This document shows positions 55,724-64,000 of a stretch of 64,000 nucleotides of DNA, in pieces. Source of the DNA: Candidatus Levyibacteriota bacterium (GTDB lineage: Bacteria > Patescibacteriota > Microgenomatia > Levybacterales > UBA12049); assembly GCA_052034235.1 (NCBI GenBank), contig JBPOIT010000005.1, forward strand, positions 113,698-177,697, given 5' to 3'. The notes under the pieces were generated by a model. It made no database searches. It saw nothing but the letters and a program-made list of their open reading frames with translations, and was not told where the DNA came from. How positions within the stretch are numbered: the stretch's first letter is position 1; every line of letters starts with the position of its first letter. The position numbers and the translations under genes are program-made.

Positions 55724-57244
55724 ATGAAAATAATTGATAATTTCCTCAACGGCTTTACGATGTATAAAGTCGTTCTTTACGGCCTTCTCATGTTGGCTGG
55801 TATTTCAATCCTTTTTGGCGCATTCGGACTTCTTTATTACAAACCACTTAATTTATTAGGTTCACTTCTTATTTTGGGAATAACCTGTTATGTCAGTAAC
55901 GAGCTTTTTGCCAGAATGCTCAAAGCACCCACTAACAGTGAATCGTATCTCATCACAGCCATTATTCTCTTTTTTATCTTTGACCCACTCTCCAAACCAG
56001 AGCAAGCATTAACACTTTTTCTGGCAGGATTTATCGCTATGGCCTCAAAATATGTGCTCGCCTTTAAGCATAAACACATTTTTAATCCGGCTGCCGTTTC
56101 AGCGGTTATATTAGGTCTCCTCGGCAATGGAGACGCTTTATGGTGGATTGGCAGTGATGTATTGTTGCCCATGGTTGCGATAATCGGATTTCTTATCGTT
56201 CGCAAAATCAGAAGATTTAGCATGGTACTTTCATTTATGGCTGCTGCTACTATTTCTATCGCTTTTGTTGGAGTCGTTTTCAATAAAACTGTACCGCTGG
56301 ATGCAATTACCCAAGCATACATTTCCTTCCCACTTGTGTTCTTTGCAATTGCTATGCTGACTGAACCGCTGACTACTCCGCCGAGAAATAACCTTCGCAT
56401 CATCTATGCAGTTATTGTCGGATTGCTCTTTGGCGCACAATTTGAGATTGGGCCACTTTTCTCAACACCTGAACTTGCACTCGTAATGGGAAATATTTTT
56501 TCCTTTGCAGTCAGTCCCAAACAACGTTTGCAGCTTTTACTCAAAGAGAAGCGCCAACTTGCTTCAGGTATGTACGAATTTATTTTTTCCTCGTATCAGA
56601 AATTGCCGTTTCTCCCTGGCCAATATCTCGAATGGACCTTGCCCCATAAAAAAGCGGATATCCGCGGCAATAGAAGATATTTTACGATAGCATCCTCACC
56701 AACTGAGCAAAAAATCAAACTCGGCGTGAGGATTCAGGAAAAAGACTCAAGCAGTTTTAAAAAAGCACTCCAAGATATGAAATCTGGAGACACGATGGCA
56801 GCATCACAACTGGCGGGAGATTTCACTCTAAATGAAAACCCTTCAAAAAAACTTGCTTTTATTGCAGGCGGGATTGGTGTCACACCGTTTCGAAGTATGA
56901 TCCGAGATATGCTTGATACCAAACAAAAACGCGATGTTGTTTTTCTCTATACCGTTCCCCACCCCAATGAACTTGCATATCGGGATATTTTTGAAAAAGC
57001 GGGTAAAGAGATTGGGATGAAATACTATTATATCGTGACACGTCCTGAGAACGCTCCTGCTGACTGGACTGGCAAAAAAGGTCGTATTGATGAAGCAATG
57101 ATTAAAGAAGTCGCTCCGGACTATATGGAGCGAATCTTTTATCTTTCAGGTCCGAATGCAATGGTAGAGACGTACAAACAGCTCTTAAAAAAATTAGGAG
57201 TCCCCTCGAGAAATATCAAAACAGACTTCTTCCCTGGTTTTTAG
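55724..57244 (+). CDS. RnfD/NqrB-like membrane domain fused to FNR-type FAD/NAD oxidoreductase
   Basis: HIFNPAA, MLTEPLTTP; RYFTIASSP, AGGIGVTPF, YLSGP, DFFPGF. Confidence 0.88.
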   Translation: MKIIDNFLNGFTMYKVVLYGLLMLAGISILFGAFGLLYYKPLNLLGSLLILGITCYVSNELFARMLKAPTNSESYLITAIILFFIFDPLSKPEQALTLFLAGFIAMASKYVLAFKHKHIFNPAAVSAVILGLLGNGDALWWIGSDVLLPMVAIIGFLIVRKIRRFSMVLSFMAAATISIAFVGVVFNKTVPLDAITQAYISFPLVFFAIAMLTEPLTTPPRNNLRIIYAVIVGLLFGAQFEIGPLFSTPELALVMGNIFSFAVSPKQRLQLLLKEKRQLASGMYEFIFSSYQKLPFLPGQYLEWTLPHKKADIRGNRRYFTIASSPTEQKIKLGVRIQEKDSSSFKKALQDMKSGDTMAASQLAGDFTLNENPSKKLAFIAGGIGVTPFRSMIRDMLDTKQKRDVVFLYTVPHPNELAYRDIFEKAGKEIGMKYYYIVTRPENAPADWTGKKGRIDEAMIKEVAPDYMERIFYLSGPNAMVETYKQLLKKLGVPSRNIKTDFFPGF

Positions 57245-58101
57245 TGAGGAATAATTTCGTTGTTATAAATAAAATCTGTCAGTTGCTGGCTAATAAACTC
57301 CACCCCGACTGCTGATGGATGAATGTAATCTGTTGGATTGATATAAGCCAAATTTCCATCTCCGGCTGGTGTCAGTGATTTTTCATAAATATTGATTACC
57401 GGGATGTTATGTTCCTTTGCGTACGCAATATGGCTTTTGATAAATGTCTCGCGTTCATTTACCATTGCAGTTCGTTCTTCAAGTGTAGTACTTGGATTAA
57501 CAGGAAGCGCATATTTTGCTTTACTCGGTGCAATTGTCGCCACAAAAACTATTCGTGCTTCAGGGTGTGTTTTTATGAGTGTTTTCATTGTTTTATCAAG
57601 GGTTTCTTTTTGCCATTTGAGACCAACGTCTAGTGAAAATTGTGAAAGCGGATTGTAACCAAATGATTCAATGAGGATAAGATCAAATTTGCGTGATAAA
57701 AGCGGTTCAAACGTCCATTCCCAATAGGTTGTTTTTGTTGTCATTGCTTTGTGAATTGAGAGAATACTTGTTGAGCCTGCAGCATAATTTTCAATCACTA
57801 TGCCCTTTTTTGAAGGTTTATATTTTTCATTAACGTATTCATAAAATTTATCTCCGTGAGGCCCAAGCGCATAAGTCATCGAATCACCTACCATGACGAT
57901 GGTATATTCAGATTTCTGAGGAAGAACTGGTGCGGTATATGTTTTAAACGGAAGTTCCTGCGTTGGCTGTGGTGTGAGTGCTTTTGGGCTAACGATAGTT
58001 GGAGCTTGAGAAGCAACGAGCACTTTTTCCATGGCAAAAAATGAGAAGGCAAAAGCAAAAAGGAAAAGAATGAAACTATAAAGAAAAAATTTATGTGACA
58101 T
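57241..58101 (-). CDS. SGNH/GDSL hydrolase, exported
   Basis: VGDSMT, GYN, DYIHP. Confidence 0.82.
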   Translation of the reverse strand: MSHKFFLYSFILFLFAFAFSFFAMEKVLVASQAPTIVSPKALTPQPTQELPFKTYTAPVLPQKSEYTIVMVGDSMTYALGPHGDKFYEYVNEKYKPSKKGIVIENYAAGSTSILSIHKAMTTKTTYWEWTFEPLLSRKFDLILIESFGYNPLSQFSLDVGLKWQKETLDKTMKTLIKTHPEARIVFVATIAPSKAKYALPVNPSTTLEERTAMVNERETFIKSHIAYAKEHNIPVINIYEKSLTPAGDGNLAYINPTDYIHPSAVGVEFISQQLTDFIYNNEIIPH

Positions 58102-58146
58102 AAGGAAGAAAACCTATTCTAAACCTTTTGCGAAGAAATTGAAAGT

Positions 58147-59487
58147 TTAGACCTCTATTTCTTGGCCGTTGAGGGGGAGGGTTATGTCGGTAAGGCCTAG
58201 GGTTTCTTGTATTTTCTTTTGAAAGGTAATACGCTGCTCAACATCGCTATGAACCAAAAAGACTTTTTTTACACCCTTAATATGGCCTAGCCAATTAAGG
58301 AGTTTTTTCTGATCTGCATGCGAACTCATGGTTTTAATTTCACGAATTGATGCCTTAACCGTAACATTTCTATCACTTATGACGACATTTTTTGCACCCT
58401 GAAGAATTTTTCGTCCCAACGTTTCCTCAGCCTGATACCCTACAAAAAGGAGTCTTGTCGTTTTGTTTGATAAATAATTGGCAGCGTGGTGCAGAATACG
58501 CCCGCCAGACATCATGCCAGAGCCTGCGATAATAACCTTGGGCTCCATTGCTCTTATAATTTCTTTACTATCACGAGCCTCAATTGTCACTGCGAGACCT
58601 TCAAATCCAAACGGATCATCAGTGTGACTTTGCAGCTCTTCATTATAAAACTCACGAAATTGTTTGAATATTTCAGTTGCTCGAATTCCCATCGGGCTAT
58701 CCATAAAAACGGGAGTGTCCATACGAATTTTGCCGTCTTTTTTGAGATGATTTATTTTATGCAGCAGTTCCTGCGTTCGTTCAAGTGAAAAAGCTGGAAT
58801 CATAAGTACTCCGCTTTCTGCTTCAACTTTGTTTATTTCTTCCTGCAAAATCTGTGTTGGATCTTCATCAGGATGCACCTTATCGCCGTAGGTTGTTTCC
58901 ATAACGACGATATCTGCACTATCACTAAAAACTGTTGGTTTAATAATATCCTCAGGTGTATTGCCGAGGTCACCGCTGAAGATTGCTTTTTTACCATCAG
59001 CTTTATCAATCAGCTCCACACTTGCCGATCCTAAAATATGTCCTGCATCGATAAATTTAGCAGTAAATGCACCGACTGTAACTTCTTTATCGTACTGGAC
59101 AATTTCAACCATGCTGAGCGTCTTTCGTACTTCATCAGCACCGTAAAGAGGCGGCACATCAACTTTTTCTTCTGCAACTTTTGCGGCGTCAGTCAAGATA
59201 ACTTCTATCAAAGAAAATGTAGGGGCAGTCATGTAGATTTTGCCGTTAAAACCACCATATACGAGCATCGGCAGTCTTCCGCAATGATCCAAATGTGCAT
59301 GAGTTAATAAAACACCTTTGACGCGTGATGGATCAAAATGAGGTTTCTGATAATTTAAATCCGCAACCTCTTTGGAGCCTTGAAACAAACCATAATCAAC
59401 CATAACCTGCGTATCATCCTGCGCAGTCACAATATAACATGACCCGGTAACTTCCCCCGCAGCCCCCAAAAAAGCAATTTTCTTCAT
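58147..59487 (-). CDS. MBL-fold beta-CASP ribonuclease
   Basis: GAAGEVTGS, THAHLDHCG, AGHILGS, SGDLG, ETTYG, SSHAD. Confidence 0.93.
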   Translation of the reverse strand: MKKIAFLGAAGEVTGSCYIVTAQDDTQVMVDYGLFQGSKEVADLNYQKPHFDPSRVKGVLLTHAHLDHCGRLPMLVYGGFNGKIYMTAPTFSLIEVILTDAAKVAEEKVDVPPLYGADEVRKTLSMVEIVQYDKEVTVGAFTAKFIDAGHILGSASVELIDKADGKKAIFSGDLGNTPEDIIKPTVFSDSADIVVMETTYGDKVHPDEDPTQILQEEINKVEAESGVLMIPAFSLERTQELLHKINHLKKDGKIRMDTPVFMDSPMGIRATEIFKQFREFYNEELQSHTDDPFGFEGLAVTIEARDSKEIIRAMEPKVIIAGSGMMSGGRILHHAANYLSNKTTRLLFVGYQAEETLGRKILQGAKNVVISDRNVTVKASIREIKTMSSHADQKKLLNWLGHIKGVKKVFLVHSDVEQRITFQKKIQETLGLTDITLPLNGQEIEV

Positions 59488-59546
59488 AACTTAATTTAGT
59501 ATAGTTGGTAAAAACAAAGGAGTCCAGTTAAAGAATAATATGAGAT

Positions 59547-60563
59547 TTACTTTGCAGCTTCTTTGCCTATGGTGACCACAATGTCTGTGGCTTGAGTAGC
59601 TGCTGTTGGGAGTTGGGTTTCTTTTTCAAGAGAATAAGTTTTTCCAAGGACAGCTTTGAGTTTGGTTATCGCATCCGCACTCACGGTTTTTTTATAAACG
59701 ATTTGGGTTTTGACCACATCACTGCTATCAGCATTTCCAACAGTTCCAACGGTAAATCCATCTTCTTCAAGTGCTGCTCGTGCTTTTGCTGCTTCTCCTC
59801 TGATGCCGCTGCCATTAAGTACACTGATAGTGTAATCAGAGTTTTTAACAGTTGCAACAGGTGTAGCAGTCGCTGGTGCCGAAGGAGCTGTCGTTGCAGT
59901 CGGTTGTGCACCACCCGGAAGTGCTGGGACGTTTGGCATTGCAAAGAAGTTCTTGTCTGGCATGGCGTAATAAATGCCTGCCATAAAGGCGATACCTGTT
60001 ACAAAAGCCACAAAGGAAATAATAAGGAAATAAAGGACCGGATTTTTCTTTTTTTCAACTGCTTCAGGTGCAGTATTAAAAACGGTCTCGTGAGGATTAA
60101 ATGGAATAGGTTCATTTGACCGACCAATTGGAGCAATCGATGCGTCATTGCTGACTTCAATAGGAGCCGAAACTGGCTGAACAGCGTCCGTCTTTGGTGC
60201 TTCAACTGCGGAAGCTGTTTCAGCAGGATTTGTTGCTGTTGCAGAAAATTGTACAGGTTCAGGCTGTGGTGTGCTCGAAGCTGCAGGCGCAGAAGGTGTT
60301 TGAGCTGTTGGTTGTGGTGTGGTACCTGAAGGAGTTCCGAAATCAGTTTCAAACGGAACATCAGATAATTTGTCTACTAAATCTCCACCTTTTTGATGTG
60401 CTTCAACTGTTGGCTGTTCTGCCTCTGGGGTTTCTTTCACAACAGGAGTTTCAGAAGCTGGTTCAGCTTCTGTTTTTGGTTCGTCTACAACTACTGCTTT
60501 TTCTTCAGCTTCTCTAGCAGCCTTGCCGAACTTAACCGGTTTTGCACGTTTCTTTGTTTGCAT
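59547..60563 (-). CDS. LytR C-terminal-domain membrane protein with disordered N-terminus
   Basis: P/E/T/A-rich region, TM, ISVLNGSGIRGEA...VGNA...DIVVTIG. Confidence 0.82.
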   Translation of the reverse strand: MQTKKRAKPVKFGKAAREAEEKAVVVDEPKTEAEPASETPVVKETPEAEQPTVEAHQKGGDLVDKLSDVPFETDFGTPSGTTPQPTAQTPSAPAASSTPQPEPVQFSATATNPAETASAVEAPKTDAVQPVSAPIEVSNDASIAPIGRSNEPIPFNPHETVFNTAPEAVEKKKNPVLYFLIISFVAFVTGIAFMAGIYYAMPDKNFFAMPNVPALPGGAQPTATTAPSAPATATPVATVKNSDYTISVLNGSGIRGEAAKARAALEEDGFTVGTVGNADSSDVVKTQIVYKKTVSADAITKLKAVLGKTYSLEKETQLPTAATQATDIVVTIGKEAAK

Positions 60564-60628
60564 GGGCAGTCCTAAATTCTCTTCTTTTATTTTAGAAACA
60601 AACGCAGAGGTTTGTCAAATATAAATCA

Positions 60629-61003
60629 CTATTCCTCAGCAATTGCTTCAACTTCAACAAGTGCTCCCAAAGGAAGTTTTGCAACTTCTATGGTAGCACG
60701 TGCAGGTTTATTTTCGCTGAAATATTCATTATAGACTTCATTAAATTTCTGATAATCATGTAAACTCTGCAGATAACAAGTTGTCTTAACAACTTTTGTT
60801 AAAGAAGAACCTGCCTCTTCAAGAACTGCTTTGAGGTTTTTGATGACTCGATGGGTTTGTTCTGTGATTTCTCCAGCAACAAGTTTATTTGTTTGCGGGT
60901 CAAGGGAAATTTGTCCTGCACAAAAAACAAAACCACTTGAAACAATTGCTTGAGAATACGGTCCAACTGCCTTCGGTGCTTTATCTGTATGAACATGTTT
61001 CAT
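60629..61003 (-). CDS. ridA: RidA/YjgF-family enamine deaminase
   Basis: APKAVGPYSQA, AGQI, PARAT, LPLGALVEVEAIA. Confidence 0.92.
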   Translation of the reverse strand: MKHVHTDKAPKAVGPYSQAIVSSGFVFCAGQISLDPQTNKLVAGEITEQTHRVIKNLKAVLEEAGSSLTKVVKTTCYLQSLHDYQKFNEVYNEYFSENKPARATIEVAKLPLGALVEVEAIAEE

Positions 61004-61242
61004 AAAGTTTCAATTTATTATAACCCAATTTTCTTTTTGTGCAAATCAATACTGCTTAAATACATACCTTTCCTCAACATAATTCTATGATAATAGTGAC
61101 CGATTACAAAGATTTATTCTAACTCATACAGAAATTAAATGCATAAGAGAAGTTAATCGTACTTCGGGAATATGAAACCTCAAATTTATATACTCTATAT
61201 TTCCTCTTGTAAATTGCTGTGATTGATCCTATAATCTTCCTG

Positions 61243-63714
61243 ATGACCGGGATAGAGCACGGTGGAAGATCAACTGGACCTGAAAAAAGACTACCTAACA
61301 ATAGCTTGGGTTCAGGTATTCCTGCCAATTCTGGACCACCTCAAGATATCAGACCTGACAGAGGGAGAATCGGAGAGGGAGTAACACCAAGTCGTGATTT
61401 ATTTCCTTCTCACAAACCTCGAAGAGGTTCACTGTCTATACCCACCACCTCAATACCTGTAAGTTCAGCAAACCTTTCTGATGATGATGCCAGAGGGATA
61501 GACTCTACACGTAGAGACAAACCAGGAAAGGTAGTCAAACCTAGTCCTGACTTATTTCCACAAGGTCCTGTTAGGTTAACACATTTAGAACCCCGACCGA
61601 AGGGTTTGGGAGATCCGCTCCCTACCGCACCTGCAAATGAACTGCAATCAGCTGACCCCTTACTTCCACTGCATGCAGTTGTTGTCAGTAGCCCAAATAC
61701 AGTCTTTACAGTCTCGAAATCAGGAGAAGTCACTTCCGATACTAGACAAACAGAACAAAAACGAGATGAATCGCTGACGGTACACACAAAAACGCAGCAG
61801 GATATTCTTGACGCAAAAACTGCACTTGAAAGGTGGACTGATTTTAATAAAAAACCAACTGAACCGGTTTTCATAAAAGGTCGTAGAGCTAAAGGTATTG
61901 AAATACGCCGACGCAACGAAGCACAAGAAGGATTAGTACGTGAGCTCACTACAGGACTTTTCAATGACCCCGATAAGCTGGCTACCACCATGGAAGTATG
62001 GCATGCTCAAAATGAAGCAGGCTCTGGACTATACCAGAAAGCAAGAGTAGCTGTTATGAAAGAAATGCAAACCAAATGGGCAGAGGTTCCTGCAGAAGAT
62101 TTAGCCCGTTACGTACAATTAAATACTAAAGACCCTGAAGGGGAAACGATAAGCGGCAGTGTGCTCAAAGCATATTTTAGAGGTCCAAGCAGCGTGAAAG
62201 AACGGGCAGATGCGCTCTATACTTTTACTCTTGGAGCGCTTACTTTGACCACTGATGAAGCTGCCTTAAATTTAGCCTCCAGAATCGGTAAATTTGATAC
62301 AAAAATACTGGAACGTGGAGGAAGTTACCATGTTGATACAGTTATTGCTTCTGTCTATTCATTTGAAGACCCTGAGACTAAGAAAAGGGCTAATATTACG
62401 ACACAAGTGCTTCATAGTTTAACCTTTCTTTCATCTGAACAAGAAGATGAAATTAAAGAAAGAAATATGGAAGCAATGCAGGATATGTTTCGTGATCCCA
62501 GATATATCGCTTCATTTCGACAAGCTCAAGTACGATCTGAAAGAATAAAAGGGAGAGAGTTTATCAGAGATAGAATAGAAGCAAGAAATGAACTCGCAGA
62601 ACAGGGAATATCAATTAATGATATCTATACATATGCAGAAGAGGGGTTATTGAGTGAACAAGATATTGAGGATTTAGTGTCACTTGTAGACTATGATTTG
62701 GCTGACCCACTCTTTATAAAATTCCGGGAAGAAGCTGGTCCTAAAGTCTTACCGGCACTACAGAGGGGGAAATTTGAAAAGGATTTCCCGGACCAGCAAT
62801 TTGTCCACGTAACGAAAAGAATTCCTGGCAAAAATTATGTTATGGAGGTATCCATCCCCACAGAATTAATCGGTAGAAAAGAGGATGTGATTGCTGATAT
62901 CAGAATTGGTGCTCATCCGGAAGAAGAATTCGATAGTCCGGATGATGGATTGCCGAAATCCTACATTTCAACCGGCAATTTTGAAGGAAAACCAGTGCAA
63001 GCTATATATCGGGAACCTGTTACTTCGGAATTAAGTAGGCATGATTTAGAATTTATCGCAGAATATGGGTTCCCCAGTGTCGATAACCCTGATCTTGCTG
63101 AAGAAAATAACAGACTAGCAAATGCTATAGCAGAAACCCAAACTCGTTTTCTTAATCGTCGAGGAGTCCAAGTCCCGACCACGCATCCGATTTTAAAAGA
63201 ACTGGGATACAAAAAATTTGAATTTCGAAAAGATCCTAATGATCCGGAACAAACTAATGTTACCATCCATGTAAAAGATGGACAAATCAAATTCAAGCTG
63301 GACAGATATATGGGTATCGATTTTGAAGGAAAAGGCTGTGAAGGAACATCCCATGAAGATGTACGACATGTAACGCTGACTTACCTCCAAAAAATATTGT
63401 GTGAACCGTCAATCAAAGATGAATCAGGTGAGGTCATTGATATGTCCCATTTATTTTTTGGACGGGCTGGTCATATGGCATATTTACCTGTAGGGCAGAA
63501 TTTCAGTCATGACCAAGAGAAAGCTTTTTTTGAAGAAGAAGGAAGAGATCTGGCAACACATTCTGAAAGAAGAAGGCCTATTGATCCTGAAGGTAAAAAT
63601 AGAAAATCAACATATCGTAAACCAACCGATAAAGAAGGAGAACATATAGAACCTCGCTATATCAGTATACCACTGGAACCTGACTTCTTTCATCGAACTG
63701 CACAACATGTCTAA
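61243..63714 (+). CDS. Large hypothetical protein with disordered Pro-rich N-terminus
   Basis: TTGTAA-17-TATAAT 7 nt before ATG 61243; long ORF, no recognised domain. Confidence 0.7.
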   Translation: MTGIEHGGRSTGPEKRLPNNSLGSGIPANSGPPQDIRPDRGRIGEGVTPSRDLFPSHKPRRGSLSIPTTSIPVSSANLSDDDARGIDSTRRDKPGKVVKPSPDLFPQGPVRLTHLEPRPKGLGDPLPTAPANELQSADPLLPLHAVVVSSPNTVFTVSKSGEVTSDTRQTEQKRDESLTVHTKTQQDILDAKTALERWTDFNKKPTEPVFIKGRRAKGIEIRRRNEAQEGLVRELTTGLFNDPDKLATTMEVWHAQNEAGSGLYQKARVAVMKEMQTKWAEVPAEDLARYVQLNTKDPEGETISGSVLKAYFRGPSSVKERADALYTFTLGALTLTTDEAALNLASRIGKFDTKILERGGSYHVDTVIASVYSFEDPETKKRANITTQVLHSLTFLSSEQEDEIKERNMEAMQDMFRDPRYIASFRQAQVRSERIKGREFIRDRIEARNELAEQGISINDIYTYAEEGLLSEQDIEDLVSLVDYDLADPLFIKFREEAGPKVLPALQRGKFEKDFPDQQFVHVTKRIPGKNYVMEVSIPTELIGRKEDVIADIRIGAHPEEEFDSPDDGLPKSYISTGNFEGKPVQAIYREPVTSELSRHDLEFIAEYGFPSVDNPDLAEENNRLANAIAETQTRFLNRRGVQVPTTHPILKELGYKKFEFRKDPNDPEQTNVTIHVKDGQIKFKLDRYMGIDFEGKGCEGTSHEDVRHVTLTYLQKILCEPSIKDESGEVIDMSHLFFGRAGHMAYLPVGQNFSHDQEKAFFEEEGRDLATHSERRRPIDPEGKNRKSTYRKPTDKEGEHIEPRYISIPLEPDFFHRTAQHV

Positions 63715-63749
63715 TGATTTTCCCCAATTCTTTCGCAGATCGATGAATT

Positions 63750-64000
63750 CTACAAATCAAATGTCTCACGTATAAGCTTCTCAAGAACGACTTTGTCGGC
63801 AATACTTTTTCGCGTATGCAGTCTCTCTTTTTGCTGTAACGAAACCATTTGCTCAGGCAATGATGCGTTTGAGACAATCCGACAAACCTCCTTAGCGATC
63901 ATAAATTCATCACCTTTTTTTTCTATGTATTTTCCAGCCAGAGCCTGATAAACATCACTTGCGAACTTGACCCAATGGGCTGTTGAAATGATTAACATTT
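63750..64000 (-). CDS. C-terminal fragment of probable threonine synthase (5' end outside window)
   Basis: IISTAHWVKF resembles the STAHPxKF motif near the C-terminus of ThrC. Confidence 0.5.
   Translation of the reverse strand, partial: MLIISTAHWVKFASDVYQALAGKYIEKKGDEFMIAKEVCRIVSNASLPEQMVSLQQKERLHTRKSIADKVVLEKLIRETFDL

Noticed and set aside
59547-60563. Low-complexity P/T/A/E tracts as DNA repeats (also 3384-3660)
   Set aside because: Protein-level linkers or acidic tails without nucleotide-level periodicity

Overview
AT-rich, gene-dense bacterial chromosome segment read with the standard genetic code (TGA/TAG/TAA all act as stops). The mix of salvage genes (thiamine ABC importer + TPP riboswitch + thiN; queuosine-precursor transporter + tgt; stand-alone riboflavin kinase), enolase, a lexA-ORF-dinB cassette, an ApbE flavinylation locus and many orphans suggests a Patescibacteria/CPR (Microgenomates-like) genome; this is inference, not a database result. 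Two tRNAs (His-GTG, Arg-TCG) and two toxin-antitoxin pairs (Fic, MazEF) are present; I found no CRISPR array, rRNA or integrase. Most notable: (1) a complete 1:2/2:3/3:4 transcription attenuator with an unannotated leaderless 15-codon leader peptide upstream of a LysE exporter next to tgt; (2) a convergent radical-SAM + PP-loop gene pair beside tRNA-Arg, each preceded by the same GTTGTC-N7-GACAAC palindrome; (3) a WhiB3-like protein in an apparently non-actinobacterial genome; (4) pervasive leaderless gene architecture; (5) local strand-asymmetric codon skew converging on accessory loci. All calls come from motif reading by eye, without searches.
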